The notes beneath the pieces were generated by a model. It ran no database searches, had not been told where the DNA came from, and saw only the letters and a program-made list of their open reading frames with translations. Below, one piece after another: positions 17,837-27,500 of a stretch of 64,000 nt of DNA. The stretch's first letter is position 1; every line of letters begins with the position of its first letter. A program made the translations under genes and the position numbers. The stretch is from an uncultured candidatus Brocadiaceae bacterium. GTDB taxonomy: Bacteria; Planctomycetota; UBA1135; UBA2386. The stretch is taken from contig CAYMPV010000029.1 of assembly GCA_964392305.1 (NCBI GenBank), positions 3,171-67,170 of the forward strand, written 5' to 3'.

Positions 17837-18685
17837 ATGACTACCGCGACCTCCGACCTGTCCAGGTTGTTCGCCCGCAAGATCGACGAGAAGAAGCTCA
17901 GTCTGCCCACCATGCCCGGCACCGCCGCGGAAGTGATGGAGCTGTGTCAACTCGAGGACACCGACGCGGCCAAGCTGTCGGCGGTCATCCATCGCGACCA
18001 GACGATCGCCTCGCACGTGTTGCGCGTGGCCAACTCGGCGGCCTACGCCGGCCAGATGCCGTGTGCCTCGCTGCAGCAGGCGGTCAGCCGCCTCGGCCTG
18101 CAGTTGATCACCGAGATCGCCATGGCGGTGTCGGTGAAGGGCCGCATCTTCGGCAACCAGACCTGCGCCGAGCTGCTGGCGGCGCTGTGGAAACACTCGG
18201 TGCTGACCGGCTTCTACACCAAGGAGATCGCGCGGTTGCGGCGGCGCAACGTCGAGATCGCGTTCCTGTGCGGGCTGCTGCACGACGTCGGCAAGGCCGT
18301 GCTGCTCGACAACGTCGATCGCGTGCTCGGCAAGAACGAGCTGACGGTGCCGGTCGGCTACCTGCTCAACGCCGTGCACGAACAGCACATCGAGGCCGGC
18401 GTCTTGCTTGCCGTCGAGTGGAAGCTGCCCGAGCAGATCGCCGAGGCGATCGGCCACCACCACGACTACGTCACCGCGCCGCGTTTCGCCGACATGGCGA
18501 TGACGGTGTGCCTCGCCGACCAGTTGAGCCACCTGGTCGCGCCCAGTCCGTTCGGCGCCGCGCCCGACGAGGAAGAGCTGCGTGCGCATCCGGTGCTCGC
18601 CGGGCTCAACCTGTATCCCGACCAGCTCGACGAACTGATCCGACAGCGCGACCGCGCCCTCTTGGTCACGGAGAGCATGCGATGA
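17837..18685 (+). CDS. HDOD domain signalling protein
   Basis: ATG at 17837. LPTMPGTAAEVMELC, VLRVANSAAY, SLQQAVSRLGL, GLLHDVGKAVLL. Confidence 0.85.
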   Translation: MTTATSDLSRLFARKIDEKKLSLPTMPGTAAEVMELCQLEDTDAAKLSAVIHRDQTIASHVLRVANSAAYAGQMPCASLQQAVSRLGLQLITEIAMAVSVKGRIFGNQTCAELLAALWKHSVLTGFYTKEIARLRRRNVEIAFLCGLLHDVGKAVLLDNVDRVLGKNELTVPVGYLLNAVHEQHIEAGVLLAVEWKLPEQIAEAIGHHHDYVTAPRFADMAMTVCLADQLSHLVAPSPFGAAPDEEELRAHPVLAGLNLYPDQLDELIRQRDRALLVTESMR

Positions 18686-20133
18686 GCGGCTGCAGCGAAC
18701 GCGGCGGCGTCGAACGCTGGGACGTGGTCGTGATCGGCAGCGGCCCCGCCGGTCAGAAGGCCGCGGTGCAGGCGGCCAAAGCCGGCAGGAAGGTCTGCGT
18801 GATCGAGCGTGAGGTCGGCGTCGGCGGCGCGTGTGTGCACCGCGGCACGATCCCGAGCAAGACGCTGCGTGAGACGGCCGTGCACATGGCAGGGTTCCGC
18901 ACCCGGCTGGGGCGCCACGTGCGTGTCGAGCTGCCGCCCGACCTGCAGCTGGCCAGCCTGATGGACCGCATGCAGAAGGTCATCGACGCGCACGTCGCCT
19001 ACCAGAGCGCGCAGATGCGTCGCAACGGCATCGAGCAGATCCACGGTCGCGCGCGTTTCGTCGACGCCAACACGGTCGCCGTCGAATCGGTCTACGGCGA
19101 GCGCCGGCTGCTCACCGGCGAGTTCGTCGTCATCGCCACCGGGTCGCGCCCGCGCACGCCGCCGGAGATCCCGGTCGATCACGAGCACGTGCTCGACAGC
19201 GACTCGATCCTGAGCATGGCCTACCTGCCGAGGTCGCTGACCGTGCTCGGCGCGGGCGTCATCGCCACCGAGTACGCGACCATCTTCGCGGCGCTCGGTG
19301 TGCACGTGACCATGATCGATCGCGGCCAGCGGCCGCTGTCGTTCCTCGATCCCGAGATCATCGCCAAGTTCGTCGAGGACTTCGAAGGCCACCCGGGCTG
19401 CGTGTTCGTCGGCAACGCCAAGGTCAGCGACGTGTCTTGGAACGGCATCGACGCCGTGGTCACGCGCCTGGACAACGGCTGGGAGGTCAAGTCCGACAAG
19501 CTGCTGTGCACGCTGGGTCGGGTCGCCAACATCGAGGGGCTGGACATCGAGGCGGCCGGTCTGGCGACCAACGCGCGTGGCCACATCCCGGTCGATGCGG
19601 AGTGTCGGACCTCGGTGCCGCACATCTTCGCGGTCGGCGACGTGATCGGGCCGCCGTCTTTGGCGTCGACGTCGATGGAGCAGGGGCGCCGCGCGATGCG
19701 TTGCGCGCTCGGTCTGCCGCTCGGCGCCGGCAGCGAGGTGATCCCCAGCGGCATCTACACGATCCCGGAGATCGCCTCGGTCGGCATCAGCGAACAGGAG
19801 GCCGTCGAACGCCACGGCAGCTGCTTGGTCGGTCGGGCCCAGTTCCGCGAACTCGCGCGCGGGCAGATCTCGAGTTCCGCCGACGGCATGCTCAAGCTGG
19901 TCGTCGCGACCGGCACGCTGCGCATCCTCGGTTGCCAGATCGTTGGCGAAGGCGCGACCGAACTGATCCACCTGGCGCAGATGGCGCTGATGACGGGCTT
20001 CGACGTCGGCATGTTCGTCGAGAAGATCTTCAACTTCCCGACGCTGGCCGAGGCCTATCGCGTCGCCGCGCTCGACGTGCTCGAACAGGTCGGGCAGGGC
20101 GCCTGCTCACGAACGCCGGTGCCGGTCACCTGA
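18682..20133 (+). CDS. sthA: soluble pyridine nucleotide transhydrogenase (SthA-type flavoprotein disulfide-reductase family)
   Basis: ATG at 18682 overlaps the HDOD stop (ATGA). VVVIGSGPAGQKAA, then GGACVHRGTIPSKTLRE with a single Cys (Thr in place of the second redox Cys, as in SthA). Second Rossmann motif VLGAGVIATEYA. FAVGDVIG. Confidence 0.8.
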   Translation: MSGCSERGGVERWDVVVIGSGPAGQKAAVQAAKAGRKVCVIEREVGVGGACVHRGTIPSKTLRETAVHMAGFRTRLGRHVRVELPPDLQLASLMDRMQKVIDAHVAYQSAQMRRNGIEQIHGRARFVDANTVAVESVYGERRLLTGEFVVIATGSRPRTPPEIPVDHEHVLDSDSILSMAYLPRSLTVLGAGVIATEYATIFAALGVHVTMIDRGQRPLSFLDPEIIAKFVEDFEGHPGCVFVGNAKVSDVSWNGIDAVVTRLDNGWEVKSDKLLCTLGRVANIEGLDIEAAGLATNARGHIPVDAECRTSVPHIFAVGDVIGPPSLASTSMEQGRRAMRCALGLPLGAGSEVIPSGIYTIPEIASVGISEQEAVERHGSCLVGRAQFRELARGQISSSADGMLKLVVATGTLRILGCQIVGEGATELIHLAQMALMTGFDVGMFVEKIFNFPTLAEAYRVAALDVLEQVGQGACSRTPVPVT

Positions 20134-20902
20134 GCGCGTCGTCGCCGAACAGTTCGGCGAACCACCACAGATCGCCGCCGCGCAGCAAGCGGTCGCGCCC
20201 GCGCGGCGCGGCGGCGGCCAGCGCTGCCGGCGGTTCCCCGCCGATCGCGACCGCGGGCAGTCCCGTGCGGCGCACGAGGTCGCCCTCGCCGAGCAGGTGC
20301 GCCTGACCGACGACGACGACGATCAGCGCCTGGGGGTGCTGCGCGGCCAGTTCACGCACGTGTTCCGCCATCGCCGCGTCGCGCTGCGGCAACGGTGGCC
20401 GCGGCGTCGGTTCGAGAGCCACGAGGCGCCAGTCGTGGCGGCGCGCGGTCGCACACAGGCTGCGGTAGTACCACGGATCGAGTTCGCGGTCGTCGAGCCA
20501 CGAACCGGGCCAACGTTGCCGGATGCGATCGGCCAGTTCCTGCAGCGTCAGCCGGTCGTCGAGGAACGCGTCGACGTCGGGTTGGTCCTGCACGCCGAGC
20601 GCCTCGAGCACCAGCACCACGCGCCGCGGCGAGCGCGCGAGGCGTTCGAGCAGCGCCGCGTGCAGCGCGTGCAGGCGGCTGCTGCGATGGTGGTCGCCGA
20701 GCCACAGCACGCGCGCGGCCTTCACGGCAGCGAGCAGTTGATCGTGGCTGCACTCCCCGTCGACGCGGTCGCCGACGGCTTCGTCGAAGGCGCGACGGTA
20801 GTTCGCCAGGGCCTCGGGCACCGGCTGTTGCCAGACGAATTCCGCCGGGGAACAGGACGCCGCGAGCAGCAGCCACGGCATGATGTTCGGTCGCGATGTC
20901 AT
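20126..20902 (-). CDS. ChaN-like (Cofac_haem_bdg / Tiki superfamily) protein
   Basis: VLWLGDHHRSSRLHALHAALLERL, VLVLEALGVQDQP and WYYRSLCATARRHDWRLVALEP fit the ChaN pattern. Possible lipoprotein signal LLLAASC. Start is 20902 or 20881. Confidence 0.65.
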   Translation of the reverse strand: MTSRPNIMPWLLLAASCSPAEFVWQQPVPEALANYRRAFDEAVGDRVDGECSHDQLLAAVKAARVLWLGDHHRSSRLHALHAALLERLARSPRRVVLVLEALGVQDQPDVDAFLDDRLTLQELADRIRQRWPGSWLDDRELDPWYYRSLCATARRHDWRLVALEPTPRPPLPQRDAAMAEHVRELAAQHPQALIVVVVGQAHLLGEGDLVRRTGLPAVAIGGEPPAALAAAAPRGRDRLLRGGDLWWFAELFGDDALR

Positions 20903-20918
20903 GAACGAGGCCAGGAGT

Positions 20919-21590
20919 ATGAACAAGCGAGTCGGCGTGATCTTGTCCGGATGCGGTTTCCTCGACGGTTCGGAGGTGCACGAGTCGGTGCTGACCCTGA
21001 TGCATCTCGACCGCCACGGTGTCGAGATCGTTTGCACGGCCCCTGACGGTCACCAGCACGACGTGGTCGATCACGTTGCCAAGAAGCCCATCGAGGGGGC
21101 CACGCGCGCGATGCTGAGCGAGGCCGCGCGCATCGCCCGCGGCCGGATCACGCCGCTGAGCAAGATCGATCCGGAAACCCTGGACGCCGTGGTGATGCCC
21201 GGCGGTTTCGGCGCGGCCAAGAGCCTGTCGAACTTCGCGGTGCGCGGCGCGGCAGGTTCGGCCAACCCCGAGGTGGCGCGGTTGCTGGTCACGATGCACG
21301 CGGCCGGCAAGCCGATCGGTGCGATCTGCATCGCCCCGGCGGTGGTGGCCCTGGTGCTGGGCAAGGAACACCCCAAGCTGACCATCGGCAACGACGCGGG
21401 CACCGCCAAGGCGCTCGAACAGCTCGGCGCCGCGCACGTCGACTGCGCCGTCACCGATTGCGTGATCGACGCCGACCGACGGATCGTCAGCACACCCGCC
21501 TACATGTACGACGCGCGGGTGCACGAGGTCGCCCAGGGCATCGGCAAACTCGTCGACGCCGTCGTGGCGATGATGGGAGCGACTCCGTGA
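20919..21590 (+). CDS. elbB: ElbB-type DJ-1/PfpI family glyoxalase
   Basis: ATG at 20919 preceded by AGGAG. MNKRVGVILSGCGFLDGSEVHESVL, VMPGGFGAAK, GAICIAP, STPAYM. Confidence 0.85.
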   Translation: MNKRVGVILSGCGFLDGSEVHESVLTLMHLDRHGVEIVCTAPDGHQHDVVDHVAKKPIEGATRAMLSEAARIARGRITPLSKIDPETLDAVVMPGGFGAAKSLSNFAVRGAAGSANPEVARLLVTMHAAGKPIGAICIAPAVVALVLGKEHPKLTIGNDAGTAKALEQLGAAHVDCAVTDCVIDADRRIVSTPAYMYDARVHEVAQGIGKLVDAVVAMMGATP

Positions 21591-22396
21591 AGCGGGCCGT
21601 CCCGGCCAAGGGCTCACTGCACGACAAGTCACTGCGCGGCAAGAAGGCTCTGGTGACCGGCGGCGGCACGGGCATCGGCGCGGGCATCGCCCTGGCCCTG
21701 GCCGAGGCGGGCGCCGACGTGGCGGTGCTCGGTCGGCGGCGCGCGCCGCTGCAGAAGACGGTGACCGCGATCGGCAAGCTGCGCCGCAAGGCCGTCGCCG
21801 TCACCGCCGACGTCACCGACCGCGACGCCGTGGCTCGCGCCGTCGCACGCGCCGCCAAGGCGCTCGGCGGCCTCGACATTCTCGTCAACAACGCCGGCGT
21901 CGGCGGCCCGAACGGCAACGGCGTACCGGGCCCCGACCGCTGGGATCAGATCGTGCGCACCAACCTCGACGGCGTCTACTTCGCCACCGCGGCGGCGCTC
22001 GCGCACGTTCCCGACGGCGGCCGCATCGTCAACATCAGCTCCGTGCTCGGCCGCTTCGGCGTGCCCGGCTACACGGCCTACTGCGCCAGCAAGCACGGCG
22101 TGGTCGGGTTCGGCAAGGCGCTCGCGCTCGAACTGGCGCCGCGCGAGATCACCGTCAACACGATCTGTCCCGGCTGGGTCGACACCGAGATGGCGCACGC
22201 GGGGCTGCAGCTGATGGCCGACGGCATGGGCGTGTCGTTCGACGAGGCGATGAAGACCGCGATGGCGGCGGTGCCGCTCGGTCGCATCCTGCAGCCCGAC
22301 GAGATCGGCGGTCTCGTCGTGTGGTTGTGTTCGCCCGCAGCGCGCGGCATGACCGGGCAGGCGATCAGCCACTGCGGCGGTCAGGTCATGTGGTGA
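21587..22396 (+). CDS. SDR-family oxidoreductase (FabG-like)
   Basis: GTG at 21587 overlaps the elbB stop (GTGA). ALVTGGGTGIG, NNAG, YCASKHG (YxxxK), ICPGWVDTEM. Confidence 0.9.
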   Translation: MKRAVPAKGSLHDKSLRGKKALVTGGGTGIGAGIALALAEAGADVAVLGRRRAPLQKTVTAIGKLRRKAVAVTADVTDRDAVARAVARAAKALGGLDILVNNAGVGGPNGNGVPGPDRWDQIVRTNLDGVYFATAAALAHVPDGGRIVNISSVLGRFGVPGYTAYCASKHGVVGFGKALALELAPREITVNTICPGWVDTEMAHAGLQLMADGMGVSFDEAMKTAMAAVPLGRILQPDEIGGLVVWLCSPAARGMTGQAISHCGGQVMW

Positions 22397-22481
22397 GGGT
22401 GGTCGGCGCGGCGGCAGCGAGGCGCATGCGCGCCGATGTAGTGGTCTCCGCGTCCTGCGCGACCGGCCGGCACTCTCGCCG

Positions 22482-24116
22482 CTACCGGTATCGAAGTGTG
22501 TGCTCACCATGGTCGACCGCCTCGGTGGCCGGCTGACCGTCGACAAGCACCTGCACCGTGGCCGTGCGCCATGCTTCGAGCGTGACGAGCGTTGCGCCGA
22601 CCAGCAGCAGCGTGCGCGGTCTCGGCAGACGCGAGCAACACGCGGCCAGCCCGATCGCGACGAACGGCACGAGCAGCGCGCCTTGGCGCGCGTAGCCGAA
22701 GAACGCGGCGATCACGACGACCTTGGTCGACGCGATCACCAGCCACGGCCACAGCCACGGCTGCCGGCGCAGGCGCCACAGGCCGAACGCGGCGGCGGCG
22801 AAGACGAGCGCGCGCCAGACCTGTGGCCACCAGCCCGTGGCGACGACCATGTCCACGGGTCGGCGTTCGCCCGACAGGCCGATCGGCAGGTTGTAGCCAC
22901 CGAGACCCGGCAGCGCGCCGGCGGCCGCGTGGTGCAGCTTCTTCGCGATCCGGCCGGCGCCGCCGAGCGGGTCGGCGCCGAGTTCGTGCAGGCCGAGCGC
23001 GTAGCCGTGTTCGAGGGCGTGCAGGTGCGGCGGATAGCTCAATGCGAGCTGGCCGCCGCGCGGCAGCACGTTGCGCAGGCCCGGTGGGTATCGTTCGTCG
23101 CCGCCGATGAGCGGCGGCGGACGGTCGAGCGCGGCGTTCGAGAAGCCGCCGGCCGCTTCGGGCGTGTTGGCGAGGAAGAAGTTGAGGCCGCCGTAGAGGC
23201 AGACGAACGGCGTGGGCAGCGGCTGTGGCCAGCAGCCGTAGGCCTGCACGACGACGTCGAGATCCTCTGCGGTGACCTCGCGCGCGCCGCGCACGCGCAT
23301 CGTGTCCTGCACGAAACCGAACACGGGACCTTGCTGGAACGCGGGCAAGGTGTGCAGTCGCGCCAGCGCGTCGGCGGTCCACGGCAGACCGCCCGGTGTC
23401 GCCCGGCCGGCGGGCGGCAGCTGCGGGGCGCCCGCGGTGTTGTAGTCGGCGACGAGGGCCGCGGCGCGCAGCTGCCAGGGCAGCAGCGCGACGAGCGCGG
23501 CGCCGAGCGCGAGCGAGAGGCTGCGGGTCCGTCGCGGCGCGCGCTGCAGCGCCAGCACCAAGAGCAGCGCCGCGAACGTCAGCGTGTGTTCGGCGCGCAG
23601 CAGCACCATGGCCGCGTGCAGCAGGCCCCAGCGCAGGGCCGCGGCCGCGGTGGGGGATGTGCGCAGGCGTTCCTGGTCGAACAGCGAGAGCAACAGCAGC
23701 ACGAGGTACGGCAGCTCGGAGTGCAGGCCGCTGCCCAGCAGCAAGAGCGGGGTCGCGGCGGCGCAGAGCCCGCCGGCGAGCGCGGCGCGTTGTTCAACCT
23801 GGTGGTGGCGCAGCAGCAGGAACATCAGCGGCGCGATCGTCGCGCCGAGCACGGCGAACAACAGGCGCAGACGCCACGCGGTCGCCGGGTCGCCGTTCCA
23901 CAAGCTCGACACCAGCCAGTGCATGCCGGGCGGGCGCAGCGGCAGTCGCAGCAGTTCGTCGGGAACGCCGTGAGCTTGCTTGGCCGCGAGCTCTTGCCAC
24001 AGAGGCGCATCGCCCTGGAAGGCGACGTCCCACGCCGGTGTCGACGCGGCGCCGCCGAGCCAGAAGCACAGCCGCAGGGCGAGCCCGAACAGCAGCAGGA
24101 CCAGGGCCGTGCGCAC
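22482..24116 (-). CDS. polytopic membrane protein, possibly GT-C (family 39/ArnT-like) glycosyltransferase
   Basis: More than 10 hydrophobic segments with a soluble loop or C-terminal region. The overall architecture resembles ArnT/PMT enzymes, but I recognise no diagnostic motif with certainty. Confidence 0.45.
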   Translation of the reverse strand: MRTALVLLLFGLALRLCFWLGGAASTPAWDVAFQGDAPLWQELAAKQAHGVPDELLRLPLRPPGMHWLVSSLWNGDPATAWRLRLLFAVLGATIAPLMFLLLRHHQVEQRAALAGGLCAAATPLLLLGSGLHSELPYLVLLLLSLFDQERLRTSPTAAAALRWGLLHAAMVLLRAEHTLTFAALLLVLALQRAPRRTRSLSLALGAALVALLPWQLRAAALVADYNTAGAPQLPPAGRATPGGLPWTADALARLHTLPAFQQGPVFGFVQDTMRVRGAREVTAEDLDVVVQAYGCWPQPLPTPFVCLYGGLNFFLANTPEAAGGFSNAALDRPPPLIGGDERYPPGLRNVLPRGGQLALSYPPHLHALEHGYALGLHELGADPLGGAGRIAKKLHHAAAGALPGLGGYNLPIGLSGERRPVDMVVATGWWPQVWRALVFAAAAFGLWRLRRQPWLWPWLVIASTKVVVIAAFFGYARQGALLVPFVAIGLAACCSRLPRPRTLLLVGATLVTLEAWRTATVQVLVDGQPATEAVDHGEHTLRYR

Positions 24117-24135
24117 GCGCGCACCATAACGAAGC

Positions 24136-24166
24136 GGGGCAGCCGGGCCAAAGGCGCGGCTGCCCC
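24136..24166 (-). terminator. hairpin downstream of the metalloprotease gene
   Basis: Perfect 10-bp stem GGGGCAGCCG / CGGCTGCCCC with an 11-nt loop. On the minus strand it is followed by GCTTCGTTAT (weak U-tract). Confidence 0.45.
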
Positions 24167-24197
24167 ACGGGTGGCACTGCGAGGCCGTGTCAGGCGA

Positions 24198-27100
24198 TCA
24201 CGGCGTCTGCGTGAACAGGTTGAACCACTGGTTCGACGTGATCAGGTTGGTGTAGGTCGCGTCGAACGTGACCACCTGGCTGTACCAGGTCAGGCCCACC
24301 GCGGTGCTGATCAGCGGCGCGCCGAACGACGCGGCGTAGTCACCGGTGGCGTTGCTGACGTCACCGAGCACGAAGTAGTTGCCGCCGACGAACACGGGCG
24401 GAACGTTCGGGATCAGCGTCGGGCCGATCGCGTCGCCGATCGCGAGCGCGAAGATCGTCGTCGGACCCGGGGTGTGGATCGCGATGTTGATCGGCGTGCT
24501 CTGTGCAGCCTGCTCGGGCAGCATCGTCAGGGTCGCGTCGAGCGGCGGCGTGAAGCGCGTGCCGAGTTCGACATCGTCGATGTTCCAGCCGCCCAGCTGC
24601 AATCCGGCGTCGCTCTTGAGGCGCCACTCGATCTGCACCGCGGGGTTGTTGTCGGCCATCGGGATCGCGTACTCGACCGACTGCCACGAGGTGTCGACGA
24701 GGTGGCCGGATTGCGGGTTCTGCCAGACCTGGATGCCGTTCACGAACAGCGTCGCCTGATCGTACGCGCCCTCCTCGACGGTCAGCCAGCGCCGAAAGCG
24801 CAGGGTCATGCCGAAGCGGCCCGAGCAGTTGACCACCGGCGAGCGCAGGTAGTTCTCGACGTTGGCGGCGTAGGCGCCGTTCCAGTTTGTAGTGCCGATC
24901 GTGTTGCCGAGGTCGTTGCCGTAGACGTTCGTGCCCGAGTAGGCGGTCTGCGGGTCGGCCCAGAAGACGCTCGAACTGGTGCCCGAGCGGCCCGCCGGAT
25001 CCCCGACCTGCCAGTCGTTCTGGGCCAGCACCTGCGCGTTGGTCCAGCCCGACAGGGCGCCGTCGAAGTTCTCGAGCCAGAAGCCCGTGAACGGTCCGGT
25101 CGGGGGCACACTGACGATGTAGGAGTTCTCGCCGGTCTCGGGCAGGCGCACGGTGACGTTGCTGCTGTGCACGGCCTCGATGTGGTAGCTGACGGAGCCG
25201 CTCATGACCGCGGGCAGCACGGCCTCGTAACCGTTGGTGAAGCCGTTCGGCTTCATGTTGCGCACCTGCGCACCGCTGCCGGCGTTGTAGTGCAAGCGCA
25301 CCGCGGTAATGGTGCCGCCGGAGGTCGGCGCCACGGTCGCCGCGACCTTGCGGGGCACGAGGCGGGCCGCCGTGTTGCCGAGCGGCGTGTGCGCGATCGA
25401 CGCGACCTGGATCTGCGGGTACGGGATGCCCTTGATCACAGCCGCCGCGCTGAGTTCGGCGTAGTGCGGTACGCCGTTGAGCAGGTTGCCGTCGTTGTCG
25501 TCGGCGATGAACACCTCACGCACCGCGTCGACGCGCGTCGTGGCGTCGGCGACGATCGAGCCGACGACGATGTCGTCGGAGACGGCGATGGCCTGGGTCG
25601 TGCCGAGCGAGGTGCGCAACTGCTGCCGCAGCTGCCAGGCAAAACCCATCCACACCTGACCCGCCGCGTGCGGCGACGTGCTCGAGTACGGATAGACGCG
25701 CGTGTTGTCACCGCGGCGCAGCGCGACGCCGGCCGACTGGAAGCCGCTGCCGAGCAGCGGGCTGTCGACGAGATACATGCCGAGGATGTCGCCCCAGCCT
25801 TCGCTCACACCTTCAGCGTTGCTGTTGGCGATGCCGCCGTAGCGATCGTCGAGGCCGTGGCCCCACTCGTGGGCGATGACGGTCGAGAACGCCGTATTCG
25901 CGCAGCCGCCGCCGGCGTTGTAGAAGTTGATCGAGTTGCCGGTGTAGTAGGCGTTGCAAGTCGAGGCGATGTTGACCGTCGGCCGCACCGTGCTCGCGGT
26001 GTTGAGCTGGGAGCTGTTGCCCAGGATCGTGCGGCACCACTCGTTGACGCGGTCGGTCCAGTAGTGCGTGGCGGCGTGCGCGGCTTCGTTCGTGCTCGCG
26101 GCGGCCGTCGACAACTGCAGCGTCGCGGCCACACCCGGCGTCACGGTGACGTTGCCGGTCGGCGAGTTGGCGCCCGCGATCGGTTGGTAATGGCTGCCGT
26201 CGAACTGGCTGAACGAGATCGTGACCGGCGCGTTGATGTCGATCGTGATCTGGCCGTTCTGGTCGGTCGTGTAGGTGCCGAGGCCGGGCACGTTGAGCAC
26301 CACGCCCTGCAAGGCCGTGTTCACGAGCGCGCTGTAGGCGTCGTCGCCCGAACGCGTCCAGCACATCAGCGTGACCGTCGTCGGCACCGGCGCGGCGAGC
26401 GGGGCCGGTCCCACACGCTCGGTGCGGGCGAGACCGTGGTGGGCGTTGTTGCACTCGGCGTAACCGCACTCGTGCTTGTCGCTCACGTAGTGCAGCAGGG
26501 CGCCGGTCTGGGCGTCGACGTAGTGGCGACCGATGGGGCCCTGGCCCTCGCGGTCGACGTTGCTGACCGGCACTTCCCAGGCCAGGAAGAACGGTGCGCT
26601 CTCGCCGGCCTCGATGTCGCCCCAGATCACCAGGCGCGGCTGCCGCGCGTCACCGGGCTGCGCGACGCCGGTCGGCGTGCCCGCTGCGTTCCAGGCGATC
26701 GCCACGGCGACCTGCTCGGCGACGGCGGGCTGGGTGTTGAAGTTGGCCGGGATCGGCCAGGCGCGGCTGCCCAGCATCGCGATCACCCCGCTCATGTTGA
26801 TGCGCACGTCGGCGCGGCCCTCGATCACGGGCAGGCCGTTGAAGAACTGGTCGAACGTGAACGACCAGGTGCGGCCCATGCGCGCGCCGATCACTTCGCG
26901 GAACTCCGAGGTCCCCAGACCCAGCATCGCGCGGTGTGTCTGCAGTGCCGCCAGCGCGTGGCGGCGTGCCTCGACCAGCGTGTTCTCGCGCCAGTCGACG
27001 AGGCGCAGGCCGGTGCCGTAGATGGCGCTCGGCGTCACCGTTGCCGGGTGCCACTGCGCGATCCAGCGACCGCCTTCCGCCTCTTGTGCGGTGACGAAGT

Positions 27101-27251
27101 CGCGGAAGGCCGACTTCGTGGTCGTGGCCTTCGCTGGCGCCTGCTGCGCTGCGTCTTGCCGCGACCCGCCGGCTGGTTCCTGCTGTGCGGTGGTGAAAAA
27201 GGCGAGAGAGGTAACGGCGAGCGAGAAGCTCGCGAGGGCGAACGAACGCAT
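24198..27251 (-). CDS. secreted multidomain zinc metalloprotease (HEXXH; FTP/PepSY-like propeptide, fungalysin M36-like core, MAM/jelly-roll-like domain, C-terminal beta module)
   Basis: ATG at 27251 gives MRSFALASFSLAVTSLAFFTTAQQ. Propeptide-like FDQFFNGLPVIEGRADVRI. Catalytic VIAHEWGHGLDD, followed by AEGVSEGWGDILG (compare the GEGWSD motif of M36). A later domain reads WLENFDGALSGWTNAQVL..WQVGDP..YLRSPVV. Assignment to M36 rather than M4 or M6 is tentative. Confidence 0.8.
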   Translation of the reverse strand: MRSFALASFSLAVTSLAFFTTAQQEPAGGSRQDAAQQAPAKATTTKSAFRDFVTAQEAEGGRWIAQWHPATVTPSAIYGTGLRLVDWRENTLVEARRHALAALQTHRAMLGLGTSEFREVIGARMGRTWSFTFDQFFNGLPVIEGRADVRINMSGVIAMLGSRAWPIPANFNTQPAVAEQVAVAIAWNAAGTPTGVAQPGDARQPRLVIWGDIEAGESAPFFLAWEVPVSNVDREGQGPIGRHYVDAQTGALLHYVSDKHECGYAECNNAHHGLARTERVGPAPLAAPVPTTVTLMCWTRSGDDAYSALVNTALQGVVLNVPGLGTYTTDQNGQITIDINAPVTISFSQFDGSHYQPIAGANSPTGNVTVTPGVAATLQLSTAAASTNEAAHAATHYWTDRVNEWCRTILGNSSQLNTASTVRPTVNIASTCNAYYTGNSINFYNAGGGCANTAFSTVIAHEWGHGLDDRYGGIANSNAEGVSEGWGDILGMYLVDSPLLGSGFQSAGVALRRGDNTRVYPYSSTSPHAAGQVWMGFAWQLRQQLRTSLGTTQAIAVSDDIVVGSIVADATTRVDAVREVFIADDNDGNLLNGVPHYAELSAAAVIKGIPYPQIQVASIAHTPLGNTAARLVPRKVAATVAPTSGGTITAVRLHYNAGSGAQVRNMKPNGFTNGYEAVLPAVMSGSVSYHIEAVHSSNVTVRLPETGENSYIVSVPPTGPFTGFWLENFDGALSGWTNAQVLAQNDWQVGDPAGRSGTSSSVFWADPQTAYSGTNVYGNDLGNTIGTTNWNGAYAANVENYLRSPVVNCSGRFGMTLRFRRWLTVEEGAYDQATLFVNGIQVWQNPQSGHLVDTSWQSVEYAIPMADNNPAVQIEWRLKSDAGLQLGGWNIDDVELGTRFTPPLDATLTMLPEQAAQSTPINIAIHTPGPTTIFALAIGDAIGPTLIPNVPPVFVGGNYFVLGDVSNATGDYAASFGAPLISTAVGLTWYSQVVTFDATYTNLITSNQWFNLFTQTP

Positions 27252-27500
27252 GAGGGGTTGCCTTTCGGGGACTGGCGGAACGGCGCCGTGGGGAGCGGCG
27301 CACCGGTCCGGACGCAGGTCCATTCCGGAGGGCAGGCCAGGGAAGTATTGGGTGATTCGACGCACTGTCAACTGCTCGGTGTTCCCCGCGGTCCCGATTA
27401 GAGGCCGGCGCGGACTGCATCCGTCCAGGCGTAAGCACTGTGGCTGCAGCGGTTGGAGTGCGGCTCAACACCGAAGGCGCGGTTTGCCGACAAACTGCCC

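Noticed and set aside
22500-27401. 1633-aa ORF on the plus strand, the longest in the track
   Set aside because: The translation is Arg/Ala/Gly/Asp-rich low-complexity sequence with no motifs. It lies exactly antisense to two minus-strand genes with clear signatures (a membrane GT-like protein and an HEXXH protease). This is a typical high-GC antisense artefact.
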